64,000 nucleotides of DNA from NCBI GenBank assembly GCA_013265495.1, contig MU057711.1:1984001-2048000 (forward strand), in the 5' to 3' direction. The notes under the pieces are model-generated. The model had not been told where the DNA came from. It was given only the letters and a program-made list of their open reading frames with translations, and did no database searches. Shown here piece after piece: positions 23,521 through 36,749 of the stretch. The stretch is from Vicugna vicugna. Its lineage: Eukaryota. Made by a program: the position numbers and the translations under genes. The first letter of the stretch is position 1; every line of letters begins with the position of its first letter.

Positions 23521-26500
23521 CTGGTCCAAGTCCTTCTTTCCACAGCTAAGGCCCAGAGAGGGTTGGTCGATTCCCCCAAGTCACACAGATCAACAGCAGA
23601 CTTGGAACCTGACCCCAGCTCCTGTCTCTCCAATAGAGACTTAGAAGAATGGGTGTGGGCCCTGCCTCACAGCCCCTCTGGGAAGTGGGCTCGGCAAGAA
23701 GGCAGTGGTAGGAGGGACCGCTGGAGCAGCAGCTCCCTGGGGCTGGGGGAAACCGGAGCCTGGCCTTGGCAGGGCCTCCCAGGGGCCTCGGCAAGGGCAG
23801 CTGTCCAGAACTGTCTGTCCATGGAGGGGGCAGGGAGGCTGCCACTCGGAGCACGTCGTGTGCCAGTCCCTGGGGCCGGGCCGGCTCAGCCTGCTGGCTC
23901 CATCCAGAGCCCGCCCCAAGGGATGCTGGGGGAGGCAGCCAGGATCAGAGCCGCCGGCTGTGCACTCCCCTCCCCCAGCAACAGGGGACTAAAGTGGGTC
24001 AAGGAGGAAGGAGGGGGCCCAGGAGGACTGGGGGAGGGGCCCGAGGAGCTCAGAAGGCACCCAGAGGGAGGGGACCAGGGGAGGATGCCTGGAAAAGCAA
24101 AACCATGTGTGCAGTGGTTCTTGGCTGGGGGGGGGGGTACGGCAAAACTACCAAGGACTTGGGGTTCTCAGAAGCACCTCAGAATTAACTGTAAGGGGTC
24201 TTAGCTCTGGCTCCTGCCCCAAGAGGGTTAGTCCTTCCATTTCTCCCACCCCACGGCCTTGAGGGCTCCATTTTCCCCCAGCCCCTCAGCCTCTTCCAGA
24301 GCCCCACCCCCCACCAGTCCCCAGCCAAGGGGTCTGTGAGGAGCATTCAGTCAGCTCCGGCCCCCTGGCTCAGACCTGGAGGTGGGCCCAGCTAAACCCA
24401 GCGGACCAACCAGGAGGAGCGGCCTGGGGAGAGCAGGGAGAAGCAATCTAGTTGACCCTATCCTGGGCCCGGACTCAGCAGGACTGCGGCAGTGCCAGGT
24501 CAAGTCAGGCCCCAGTCACCAGGGAGAACGGTTAGAGTGGGCCCCACATCCCACCCAGGGGCGTCCTTGGGGAGCCTGGTGCAAAATGAAAGGGAGGGAG
24601 GCAGGAAATGCCGAACAGGGCTGGTCCCAGCTAAGAGGGGAAGCCACAGAGAGGTAGGGGCTGGGGGGGGCACAGCTCCACCCAGGGAGACACGGGCTCC
24701 AGTCAGCCTCCACCCCTGGCTGGCCCTGGCCCAATCATGGGCTTCTCTCCCAGCTCCTCCACCCTGCAGGGGCCAAAAAAAAAAAAAAAGAAACAACCAC
24801 CCAGGCAACTCGATATGGTCCAGAAACCTCCAGGGTCCTTGGGTTCCAGGAAGCCTGCACAGGAGGGGGTGGAGGGCAGAGAATGCAGAGGGTCGGTGCC
24901 CAGGGAGAGGGACTTAAGGAGGGAGGGGAAGAGCTGCTCCTCCTGGGCCTCTTGGCCAAGATGGGCGTCAGCTGAAGGGCTGCCTGGAAACCCAGCCCTG
25001 GAGGGGCATGCACCCTCGGTTCAAACCCAAACTCCAGGGAAGATATTTGGTGGGGGAGAAGATGCAGGCTCACAGGCCATTTCCTGGGCCCAGGGGACAG
25101 TTTGAGTGGAAACAGAGAGAGGCCCACAGGACAGGGCTCTTTAAATCTTTGAGTTCCCTTAGCAAGGCCACCCACCCCCAACCACCATATCCAAGATTCC
25201 TGGGCTGAGCCAGCTGGACTCCTGGGGCTTAGGGGTAAGGGGGAGACAACAGAAGGGAGGATTCCCCACCCTAAATGGGGCAAGTAAGCACCTCCCACCT
25301 ATAGCAGAAGAGACAGGCTGGCCTGGCTGGGAGTGGAGTTCCTAAAAAACCAGGAAGCAGGTACAGCCCTGTCCACCAGCTACCCAAAATGTCCCAAAGA
25401 CCTGGCCTTATCCTCCTACCCTAATCTGTCCATGCTGCTTCTACCCCAACTGAACTTGAGGAGTAGGCCCAGGCAGGCAGGAGGGGGGAGGCAAGTTGGG
25501 GAGTGTGAACTTGGCCACCAGCTGGGTCCTCAGGGGGAACATGGTGTTACCAGCCTCAGAGTTCATAACTGTTTATGGGTCTGTCTCCCAGCCTGGCCCC
25601 TGAGGGAGGGGAGGCCACTCATCCACCAGGAGCACAGACGGTGGCTCTGGGAGTTACTTGGGCAGGCATCACAGTGTCAGGCAGCCTGATTGTGACATGT
25701 AACATTGGACCTCAGGCTGACCCTCAACGCTCCTCACCTGCAGGATGGCAAATGTAATGGTGCCAGACTCAGAAGGCTGTTGAGGGGATTCATGAGAAAA
25801 TATGAATAAAGCACTCAGCACTCACCAAACCTCAATAAATATTAACCCCTCCTGCCATCCCTGTGGCCCGAGCCAAACCAGTGTCCACAGAGTGGAGCAG
25901 ACTTGAAACTCTCCTAACAAAAATAAGGCAAGACCAAATGCACAGAAAGGGCTGAGAACAGGCCCAGCCTTACCCCAGGCTCAGATCTGGAATCTACAAC
26001 AGGCCTTAAGCTCCCAGAGCAGCCTGAGCAAAGGATATTTGTAGGCAATGGAGACAAAAAATTCAGAATAAAGCCCATTCAGATACCCAATTCACACTGA
26101 ATTGTGGATGGAGCAGACGCATGGAGGCAGCTGTCTTCTCACTGGCCTAACTGGAGGTCAGAGAGATGGGGACAGCTCAGAGACTTGGGTACCGACAAAG
26201 CATTGGGATTCCCTCCACTTCCAACCACGGGAGCCAGGGCCTAGGGGTCAGGGCCCCTATCCATGGGATACGGGGACTTTGGAAATGAGCAGCCTGACTA
26301 ACAACTGGACACCAACTGTGCTATGTAGGTGCAGTGGGAGCCAGGCAAGGCTGTGGGCTTCTCTGGATCAGCGCTTCTCGTCTGGCAAATGAGGAGGGAC
26401 ACCTCCAACCTACTACCTGGGTACTTGGAGATGTCCATGAGAATCTCTGGAACCATGCCACGCCGGAGGTTCTGCAAACCTCTGGAGTCATTCAACCTCA

Positions 26501-26569
26501 AGGTCTACAGTCCTGGGGGACTCCCCAGAATGGACCATCAGGTCACCCCAACTGCATATTGATGTAACT

Positions 26570-26750
26570 GTTCACTATTGTCATTCTTACTACCCCGCCC
26601 CCAACTAAACTGCAAGCTTACTGAAGACAGGGACCCAGTCCTATTCACTCATCACTGTGCATCCAGCAATAAGACCTAGCACAGAGTCAGAAATATGCAT
26701 CCAGGGAATGAATGAAGTCAGGAAGTATCCATCCAGGGATTGAATGAGTG
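26570..26750 (+). mobile_element. L2 3' end
   Basis: ctaaactgcaagctt...gacagggacc...ctattcactc...cctagcacagag...gaatgaatg. Confidence 0.65.
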
Positions 26751-26879
26751 AGTTTTAAGTGGCAAACGCAGAATCACTAGATCTGTTTGCAAATCTTTTG
26801 TCTGTAATTTCTTGAACATATGCAAGCATACTCAGAATTGCACTCCCATAATCCCCATACTTGCACACTTGGGAGCTGT

Positions 26880-27090
26880 GCATGGGCAGAGTACGGCTCT
26901 GGGGCTAGAGTGCCTGGTTCAAATCCTGTCTAGTCCCAGCTGTGAGACGAGCGATTTGTTTTGCCACCGTGGGCCTCAGTTTCCTCCTCTGTGAAACGGG
27001 GATAATCATAGAATCCACCTCAGAGGGTTGTTGCGAAGCTTAAACGTGAAGTGCTCAGAAGCAATCGAGGGCATTTACTCTTTATTATTG
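26880..27090 (+). mobile_element. MIR SINE bordering the intronic CpG island
   Basis: cctggttcaaatcc...gcctcagtttcctcctctgtgaaacgggg ataat...cctcagagggttgttg. Confidence 0.75.
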
Positions 27091-27720
27091 TACACTCTGG
27101 GATGGCCCCTGCGGTGGTCAAATGCCCTCCCCCCGCCCCGCCCCAAAGCTGCGGGCCAATCCGCTCTCCAGGTCGCGGCGGGCTCCCCCCAGGCGCACAT
27201 CTGGCCAGCGGGGGCCGCAGCCCACCCACCGGCCGGCACCCAGCTGGGGGCTAGACGACGCCGCCGCCGCCGCCTGGCCGCCCCGCCCCCGGCCCTGGGC
27301 CCGGGGACTCAGGAGTCCTGGGGGCGACAGCTGGGCCCCGCCAGCCCCAGACTCCGAGGGGCGGGCGGGCGGGGGCGGCCCGCGGTGCAGAACAAGCCCC
27401 GGCCCCACCCGGGTAGCGCGAGCGAGCGCCGCAGCCCGCGCCTTCCCAGCCAGCCCCCCGCCGCGGCCGCTTTGTGCCCAAACCTGGGCCTGAGTTATTG
27501 CGCCGCAGCCATGGAGCCCTCCCGGGCGGGGGGCGGCCCGACGCGTTCCCAGGACGGCCGCCTCAAAGGGGTCCCGGGGCCGCCCCGCGGGGCGGGCAGA
27601 CGAGGGCCCGGGGAGGGGCCGCGTTCCCAAGCGCCCCGCCGACTGGCCAGGCTTGCTGGGCAGGACGTGTCCCGAGGCCCCTCCCGTGGGCCCCTTCCCC
27701 ATCTCTTCTCCCGCCCCCTC
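27090..27720. promoter_or_regulatory. Intronic CpG island (candidate alternative promoter or enhancer)
   Basis: Sharp CpG-rich block with GC boxes (ccccgccccgcccc near 27131), GGCCAAT near 27154 and (CGC)n near 27257-27273. Confidence 0.8.
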
Positions 27721-28419
27721 CCCAACCCCAGATCTCCTAGCCCTTCCCCACCACTTCTCCATTCCCCTTCTCTCATCTCCCAGGACCCAAACCACACCGG
27801 GCAACTCTACAGACAAACCCCAGGAGGGTCCCTGAGGGCCCGAAATCCCACCTCCCGTCCTGGAAATCTGTGCTTTCCCCACCCCACCGGCCTCGGGTCA
27901 CAGCCCTGGCTTGGAGAAAGGTTGGATTCTGGGCTGGGCCTCTGAGGGAACGGGCTGTGGGAGCCTCCTGGCCTCATTTTCCCATCTGTCAGACAGGGGT
28001 GGGAATGTGGGTCCAGTGCCAGGCACTGGGGACCCGGCAGTGACTAGGACAGGCAGGGGCTCTGCTGGGTGGTGCTCGGAGCTGGCCTGCCCAGGGAGGG
28101 CCCCCTCCCCGAGACCTCCGTGGCGATAGGGCTTCATGGTTGGGGAGGAGCGCCACTGAGTCCCCTAGGGCAAGACTGGGAGTCAGAAGCCGTCCTTGCT
28201 CAGAAAATGCCGCATTAAACTGACTCACCACCAGGAGAAGCCTCTTTCTGGGGCCTGGACTGTTACACAGAAACCAAAGGGCTGAGCCAGTGGTGTATCC
28301 TCCCAGTTGAGGAGGCAGAGGCCCAGAGAAGTACCTCCACCTCCCACATCCCCCAGCCCCACCAAAGCACCAGTTGCAAAGGCTTCCGGCCAGAAACTCC
28401 CCTCATGACCACCCCCATC

Positions 28420-28648
28420 ACCCTGGGCTCAAGTGTCACCTCTCAGATGTCACAGATGGCCCTGTCTGGACAGCCTTTTCCACCACTCCCAGCCTGTCCC
28501 AGGACCTGCTTTGTTTCCCAGCAATTACGTTACTGACTCACATACTTGTAGATGGGCTCTCACCCCCAACTAGGATAAACTTGAAGAGCGGCTGGCACAT
28601 AGTAGGTGCTCAATAAGCATACGTGGGCTGAATAAATAAATGAACGAG
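28420..28648 (+). mobile_element. L2 3' end
   Basis: ctcaagtgtcacctctcag...ctggcacatagtaggtgctcaataa...gaataaataaatga. Confidence 0.65.
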
Positions 28649-28729
28649 TAAGTCAGTCATTACAGTAGACCTCTAAAGACTAGAAACCCGCACTGTACCC
28701 AGGTAGTAGGACTCCCTGACAAGTGATCA

Positions 28730-28945
28730 AGAACGTTGGAAATCAGAAACTATTAACATCTCTGAGCAAGCCCCACAGTAGCATGTTAAAGGCTCTGAGA
28801 AGCCCAGAGAGTTAAAAAAAAAAAAAAAAGAACTTTTAACTTTGTTTTACACAGTGGTTGTCAAATGGGTTTGGCCACAGGAAATATTTTATTCTTTTGG
28901 TGGAACATCAGTGAAGCCCTGGAATACATTTCGGGAAACACCAAT
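28730..28945. mobile_element. Probable hAT-Charlie-type MER fragment
   Basis: tattaacatct...catgttaaaggctctgagaagccc...ggaatacatttcgggaaaca resembles old Charlie-family elements; family uncertain. Confidence 0.4.
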
Positions 28946-29209
28946 ACCAACTCATTTTTCACCCTCACAACCATGGCTTTACAGATGTAAACAGAATCTT
29001 ATCAAGGAGAAAGGACTTGTCTCTTTGTTTTAGTGGGGTCAAGTCTAGCATGGTGTTTGGCACATAGTAGGTGCTCCAAAAGCATCTCAATGAATGGGTG
29101 TAAGGTAAATTCATGAACAAAGTCTACCCCCTATGTGTGGTCTCTACCCCTGTACTCATAGTCTGAACCATGAAACCAATGACGAGTCTCTTCCCCTCCT
29201 GGAGGCTGG

Positions 29210-29347
29210 CACTCACACACCCACACACGCATCATACATGGACACACAGCTGAACTCCAGCTAGTACACATATGCACAGACTCACACACACATGCACACA
29301 CCCACAGGCACACACGGACTCATGTACACAGACACACACATGCACAC
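29210..29347. repeat. Degenerate CA-rich repeat
   Basis: cacacac/catgcac variants. Confidence 0.8.
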
Positions 29348-30436
29348 CCTTTCTGGGGCATACACCCTCCCACATAGTCCCCTTCCCTGTGCCTGGCCAG
29401 TGCACCCCTTTAGAAAGACAGCTGTCCTGGACCAGGTGGGGAGAATGAGGCATGCAGAAACCTCACTCATAACCCGAAACCACCAAGAGGGTAGGGTGGC
29501 CCCAGCGGGCAACAGGTTAAAGTTAGGTTTTACCCAAGAATTTTCTCTGGTGTTGCATTCTGAGTGCAAACGTATAGGTGAGAGAGGGAGAGAATGGAAA
29601 GTGAGGCAGCTTCAGAGTGTGAGTCCTACCCCCATCCCGGGTGGCATTTCAGTTTTACAAAGCTCTTTCTCACAGCTTTCCTGGGAGTGGAGCCCCCATT
29701 TCATAGAAAATGAGGCTAAGGCTCACGATTTACATGGCGAGGAAGTAGGTGGGATAAGACGTGGGAGTTCAGGTCTACCTGCTCAGGATCCCCCCACACC
29801 ACCCATGGCTTGAGAGGTCCAACTTGTTCCCAAGGCAGATCCTGGCCTAGGTCAGTGGCAGCAGCAAGATCCACCCCTTCTCCTCCTCTCCTCCTTGCCT
29901 TGCCCCCAGGCACAATTCTGCCACAAGATCATCGTGTGACCTTGGACATCCGACTTGCCCTCTCTGGAAAGTCTGACCAGTCACATGAGAAGGAGTTCGG
30001 CTAACGGTTCTCTAAGATCCATTACTGCTTGTGAAAAAGAAAGCCTAAGGCCTCCGCCTCAGCAGTCAGGAGTGAGTGTCGAGACGAACTGAAATACTGC
30101 CTAGAAAGTACACAGCCCAGGGCCTGCACACAGGGGTGCTCGTCAAATGTTAGCTGCTCTGGGTGCTGTGATTCTGTCTTTCTGGGCCCAGATCAAACAC
30201 TACCCCTTCTTCCAGGCCATGCCTGATTCCCCCTATCAAAAGGAGCCCCTCCAACTTCTGTCAGCCCTCAACCTGCACCTCCTGGGCTTGGGCTGCCCTG
30301 TCTGGTCCTGTGGTTAGGGCTGTACATCCTCTCCAGACTGTGGGCTCCCTAAGGGTATGGCCTCCATTTGGTTCATCTCTTCATCCTCCTTGGAGCTCAG
30401 GCTAAGATACTCACCTGGGTAAGATACTCAGGACTC

Positions 30437-30590
30437 GGATGGATGGATGGATGGATGGAAGAAAAGGAAGGAAAGGGAAGTGATGGGCGAAGAGAAGAGG
30501 ATGGATGAATGACAGAGGGATGGAGAGATGATGGAGGACGGATGGATGGATGATGCATGGATGAGTAGATGGATGGATGGACAGATGGAA
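30437..30590. repeat. (GGAT)n / purine-rich simple repeat
   Basis: Imperfect ggat arrays. Confidence 0.85.
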
Positions 30591-30689
30591 GAAGATCTAT
30601 GACTAAAGACTAGTTGAGGGAAAGAAATGTCCAAATCCCCAAGTTCCACATTCAGAGAGTTCAGTGCAGTTCCCCTTCTTAAAGAAGAA

Positions 30690-31590
30690 ATTAAAATGTT
30701 TTATAATGATAAGAAAAATGGTCAACCTCACTAGAAATCAGGGAAGTACAAATTAAAACAATGAACTATTTCTTGCCTGCCAGATTGGCAAAAAGGAAAA
30801 AGGGGAAAAAGAAAGAGGAGGAGAAGGACAAGAAAAGAAAAAATGGGACACATCATATGTGGGCAAGGGTTAGGAGAAACACGCATTCACACTATTATTG
30901 AAGGGTAAATTGGTACATCCTTTGTGGAGGGCAATTTGCAAATATCCTTCAGATTTTTCAAGTGACTACCCTTTGACCTAACAATTCCACTTCTGGGAAT
31001 CTAGCCTAAGAAACACAAAGATTTAGAAGCAAGGATGTTCCTTGCATCCTTGTTTATAACAGTGAAGAACTAAACATCCCTCAAGAGAGGACAGTAAATA
31101 AATGCTGGTATACCCATTCGATGGCGTTACAGCTGTTGAAGGGGAGTTGTCTATAATACTAACATGATGGTGTCTCCTAGACCAATAGTTCTTAACCCTG
31201 GCTGCACACTTGATGTAACCTGAAAGCTTTCAAACAAAACTAAAATAAACTAAACTAAACTGACCTGGGGCCCCAACCTCAAGAGTCTGGATTATTTATC
31301 TGGTCTATGGTGGGGCCCAGGTAATGCTATCTCTTTAAGTGCCTAAGATGACATTTATGTGCAACCAAGATTGGAAACTCACTGCCTCGTGAAAACAGCA
31401 ATTAAGAGAAAGTGTAGTCAAGCAGAATACGATAGCATCTTGGTTTAAAATTATGTATGCATTGGTGTATATACATATGTTTTTGTGTAAATCTACCACA
31501 GAAGAGGTGTGGGAGGAAAGATAACTGTGGATAACAGTGCTCATCTCTGGGGAAGGAGGGGATTAAATTATTTTTTAAGATGTGTAAATC
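30690..31590 (+). mobile_element. Ancient L1 (L1MC/ME-like) fragment interrupted by a MER5-type element
   Basis: Decayed ORF2-end motifs (caacctcactagaaatcagggaag, gtaaattggtacatcctttgtggagggcaatttg, acaattccacttctgggaat). Confidence 0.7.
31183..31385 (+). mobile_element. MER5-type hAT-Charlie non-autonomous DNA transposon
   Basis: caatagttcttaaccctggctgcacactt...gtgcaaccaagattggaaactcactg with degenerate terminal inverted repeats. Confidence 0.65.
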
Positions 31591-32942
31591 ATTTTCTTGA
31601 AAGACGTGGATATGGACAGCCCAAAAGGAGTACACGGATGGGTGGGGAACAGGACAGCACTCCTGCCTTCACTCACGGCCCTCTCTCCTAGCCCAGAGTC
31701 CGAGGACTTCTCCAGCCCCTGGAGAAAGCACGAGTTTCTCTGCTGTCTTTTCAGGCCCCATGGGCAGTTATAAGTAAAGGTAACGTTACTGACTCCAGGC
31801 TCCGGAGATGGACAGGGCCTGGCTAATCCCGCTTCTGCTCCCTCCAGCCACGTGACTGTGGGCAAGGTCCTTCTGGGCCTTGGTTTGTGTAACCGTGAAA
31901 TAAATCAGAGAGCTGTTGTGAGAACAGGTGGGAAGAGCTGAAGGCGGGGCCTGGCACAGGTGAGTGTTTGGTCATGACCATCCCTCCACATCCTCCCTGG
32001 GATTGGGCTGGCCAAGCTGGTGGCTCTGGATGGGCATGTGTGGGACTCGAACCTTCCCCGCCCACAATGCCCTTGGATTAGAGGAGTACTGGGGAGCCTG
32101 CTCCAAGGAGGCTTGGCAAAGGCCCTGGAGGCAAAAAAGCCAGGGACACATCAGGCTGGACTCTCAGGCACCTGAAAAGGTACTGGCAGCACAGTCATGC
32201 CTTCTCTTGTCTGATGTTCCCCCTCAACCCTCCAAAGGGTCAGAGAAGCAAAGGAGGCTCGAACTGGAGGACTCCCTAGACTTCAGAATTCTCACTCTAT
32301 GGACCCATCACTTAAAACGTACTTTGAAAAGGCCTAACAATATCTTTCTAGCCTGTATTATGTTAAAGCTAAAGCATCCAGTGTTTTCCCGCTCTAATGT
32401 TCCAGGAATTGAAATCCTACACCAACTAAGATCGACAGCCAAGCCAACCAGTTCCATCCCATTTTATAGACAGGAAAACAAAGGCCCACAGAGGGAGCTG
32501 CCCAAGATCACAGCACATGCCTCCTCCAAACCACAACCCTCCCCTACGAGAGAAATAAATCAATTTTAAGCGAGTAGGCGGGTCTTTCTTTTTTATGCTG
32601 AGCTTTATTTTACTGGCAGGTTCCCCTGCAAACGATCCTATTTTCTCTTTCCTGCATGATTCTCCCAACCCATCTTTCCCTCCTGATACTATTCAGGGGC
32701 AAATGGCCCCTAAAAAATGCAGAAGGTCCAAAGGCCACTTAATGGAGGCTAGACAGCAGAGTCCTGGCCAGCACCAAGCTGGGTCAAGTATAGGATTGTG
32801 GCAGGAAGCAGAGAAGGGAGAGTTTATTCAATTTAAATTATTTAAAGTTAGTACAAAAGTCTCATATTGCTTTTATTGTTTAAAAACATTTTACAATCTA
32901 GCACAACCCTTGGCATAAAGCCTTCCATAAACAGTAGCTACA

Positions 32943-33026
32943 CACTATTTACAATAGCCAAAACATAGAAACAACCTAAATGTCCATCAACAGGTGATTG
33001 GATAAAGAAGCTGTGGTATGTATATA

Positions 33027-33058
<32 letters not shown>

Positions 33059-34677
33059 AAAGAATAAAATAATGCCATTTGCTGCAACATGAATGGACCT
33101 AGAGATTGTCATTCTAAGTGAAGTAAGCGAGAAAGAGAAAGAAAAATACCATATGATATCACTTATATGTGGAATCTGAAAAAAAAGGCATGCATGAGGA
33201 AAAAAGACATGAATGAGGAAACCATAGCAAAACAAAATGACAACCTATGGAGTGGGAGAAAATATTTGCAAATGATGTGACTGACAAAGGCTTAATTTCC
33301 AGAATATATAAACAGCTCATACAACTTAACAACAAACAAACAAAAAACACAATCCAAAAATAGGCAGGAGACCTAAACAAGCATTTCTCCAATGAAGACA
33401 TACAAATGATCAGTGGACATACGAAAAAATTATCAGAGAAATGCAAATCAAAACTACAATGAGGTGTCACCTCACACCAGTCAGAATGGCCATCATTAAA
33501 AAGTCCACAAATGATAAATGCTGGAGAGGGTATGGAGAAAAGGGAACCATCCTACACTGTTGGTGGGAATGTAGTTTGGTGCAGCCATTATGGAAAACAG
33601 TATGGAGATTCCTCAAAAAATTAAAAATAGACTCACCATATGATCCAGCAATCCTACTTCTGGGTATATATCCGGAGAGAATTCTAATGCAAAAAGATAC
33701 ATGCACCCCAATGTTCATGGCATCACTATATACAATAGCCAAGACATGGAACCAACCTAAATGTCTATCAATAGATGACTGGATAAAGAAGGTGTGGTAT
33801 ATTTATACGATGGAATACTACTCAGCCATAAAAAATAAAATAATGCCATTTGCAGCGACATGGATGGACCTAGTGACTGTCATTCTAAGTGAAGTAAGCC
33901 AGAAGGAGAAAGAAAAATACCATATGATATCACTCAGATGTGGAATCTTAAAAGAAAAAAAAGGACACTATGAACTCATCTACAAAACAGGAACAGACGC
34001 GCAGACTTAGTAAACAATCTTATGGTTACCGAGGGAGGAAAGGGGGTGGGAGGGGATAAGTTTGGGAGTTTGAGATTTACAAATGTCAGCCACTATATAT
34101 AAAAATAGATTTTTTTAAAAAGTTTCTTTTGTATAGCACAGGGAACTATGTTCAATATCTTGTAATAATCTTTAATGGAAAAAATGAAAATGAATATATG
34201 TATGTATGTGCATGACTGGGACATTGTGCTGTAAACCAGAGATTGATGCATTGTAATTGACTGTAATTCAATACAAAAAAAAAGATATTTAAGCTAAAAA
34301 GTTAAATTAAATTACATTTTTAAAAAGACATAAATGAACTTACTTACAAAACAGAAAAAGACTTAGACATAGAGAACAAACTCATGGTTACCCGTGGGGG
34401 GAGGGGGTGGGAAGGGATAAACTGGGAGCTCAAGATCTGCAGATACTATCACTATATATACAATAGATAAACAAGTTTATACTGTATAGCAGTGGGAACT
34501 ATATTCAATACCTTATAATAACCTATAATGAAAATGAATATAAAAAGGAACATATGTATGAATATGTCTGACCGAAACATTATGCCATACACCAGAAATT
34601 AGACACGACACTGTCAACTGACTATACCTCAATTAAAAACTGGATAAATTTTTTAAAAACAATTTAAAAAATTTTTA
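32943..34677 (+). mobile_element. 5'-truncated L1 (outer element), interrupted by a second L1
   Basis: L1 ORF2-end and 3' UTR sequence at 32943-33200 and 34338-34640. Perfect 14-bp TSD aaacagtagctaca at 32929-32942 and 34678-34691. Confidence 0.9.
33217..34321 (+). mobile_element. 5'-truncated L1 (inner element) with ORF2 C-terminal remnant
   Basis: ORF 33441-34010 ([21 protein letters not shown]...HCWWEC...YYSAIK) is the L1 ORF2p C-terminus, followed by 3' UTR and A tail. TSD aaaaagacat(g/a)aatga at 33201-33216 and 34322-34337. Confidence 0.92.
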
Positions 34678-36749
34678 AAACAGTAGCTACAACCTCATAG
34701 AAGAGAGTGTTACACACAGCCCCACCTCCCTCTGGGCTGAGGACAAAGGGGAAATGGCACAAAGTACCATAACCCCAGGGGCACGAGGGCTCCCAGTCCT
34801 CCAGGGGGAATATCTCCCACCTCCTGAACAGAATAGGGGCCAGCTGAGGGGATGGGAGAGACCACCCAAGATGCCAGCCGTGAGCCCCAGTCACTTTTAA
34901 AGCAGATGATCTCTGCTCCCTACCAGTTCACCCACTCATTCATTCACTCACTCATCTACTCATTAAGCAGTCATTTGTTCACCATTCACTTATTCACTTG
35001 TCCACCCATTCATTTCTTCCCTCAACAGTTTACACAGTTACTCATTTATCTAACAAATCCTTTTTAAACACAAGGACCCAGAAGCCCAAGTCAAGGTCAC
35101 ATGCGAATGAGCGTGGAGCCTTGGAAGCCCACTGGGCTGACCGTGTCCCAAACGAAGAAGTCCTTCCCCTGGGCAAGTTGAGCAAGGCCAGCTTTGCCAA
35201 CTCTCAACAGGGCTGTTCTGGGGAATGGAGACTTGAGTTACTCCCTGCGGCCCCAAGAGACAGCCCCAGGACCAACACACCTACATTACAGGAGGCAGAC
35301 TGCATTTTAATGGAAAGAGGAGCATGTGAAATTCAAGCTAAAAATGCAGAGATGTGCCAAGTGAGCTCCCTGAGACTGAAGGTGTGTGAGTCCAGGCTGG
35401 CTGAGACTAAGGATGCCACAAACACCCGCAAAGAAGTCTAAAGACAGTGACCTCCAAGGTTCCTCTTCAACCTGGGATTTTCAGGATTCTGAGAAGTTCA
35501 AAGGCAAAAATAGTAAAGGTCTGAATCTTCCCAACGTGTATGTCTGGCTGGTCCCTCTCTCCCTGAGGGGACAGGACATCTGCAGAGCTGTCCTGGGCAC
35601 TGAGAGCATGTGCTCTGCTCATGGCTCCCCAGAGAACCCAGCGCACTCTGCAGCCTCCACCCCAGGTGACTGGAGCCTGCCCCATCTTTCCATCCAGCGC
35701 CCTGGGAGACCGCTCTCCTCCCTCACCCTCTCCCTGGGGGCTCTCTGGAGCTGGTGATTGTCTCTCCTCTCCCCAAGTTCAGGCCTGCAGTCCCAGGGGG
35801 CTAAGGACAAAGCAGTATCTCACGTTCAGGAACCAGAAATAGGCCACATGTTGCTGGTGGTTACAAGGTCCTGCAGCCCCCAGGCCAAGGGGGTATACCC
35901 AGCCCAGATGTGGTAGCCACTACCATCCCAGCTCCCTTATCTAGCCATGCCCTGCTCCCTAACCAAGCCCAGATGGCCATTACTCTGCCTCAGGCAGGTA
36001 AAATTCAGTGCAACAGGAGTTAGGTGAACAGTATGTTTTATTTAATTAGGATCAACAGAAGAGATAAACCTCACAGCAGGACAGGGAATGACAACGCTGC
36101 AAAAAATAATTCATGCCCAGGTAACGAAAGGGCAAATTTCAATTACAGAAAAAGACCAGGGGAGGAAAAATGTACCTGGCACCACCAAGGAGGAAAAGGG
36201 TATAAAGTGTCGGCAGTACCAGAGCCACACGGGCCAGAGGTAGAAATCAAGGGAACTAAGTGGCCCTTCCAGAGCAGCTTCCCTTCCCTTCCCCATCACA
36301 GACAGACGGGCCTGAAGTGTGCAGGGCTGGGCAAGTCAGACAGGCTGCCTGGGTCCTAGCAGGCAGGTGTGGGGGCCATGGGGCAACCTCAGATCTGCCA
36401 GTCTCAGTCTCCAGAGGAATGGTGTCCCCAAAGGAGAGAGAACAAATGTTCTAATCCTGAGAGCGGTCACCAGATCACTCAACGGCTCCTGAGCACCCCT
36501 CCGGCCCTGCCCCCTGCCCACAGCTCCTCATCTCCTGTCCTGCCCAGCCTTGGGCACGTCAGTCTTCCCTCTCGAGCTAGACCAAGGAAAAGCACCACCA
36601 GCTCCCAGAGCCACTTTATCTTCAGAGCCTCTGTCTCTCATTTCTCCTTGGAAAAGGGAGGCCTTGGGCTGAACAGTCTCCTTGGAGGGTGATGAGTGAA
36701 GAGCCCCCAACCCCAAACCCTGGACCACCACCTGGGCGTTGGCTAAAAA

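Noticed and set aside
23410..24204. 264-aa ORF, and the neighbouring 194-aa ORF at 22701-23285
   Set aside because: No recognisable domain, antisense within an intron, and the first begins inside a MIR.
27028..27945. 305-aa plus-strand and 254-aa minus-strand ORFs
   Set aside because: CpG-island artefacts with low-complexity A/G/P/R composition and no domain; the plus ORF starts in a MIR.
33441..34010. 189-aa ORF with protein-like composition
   Set aside because: L1 ORF2p C-terminal remnant in a 5'-truncated element, not a host gene.
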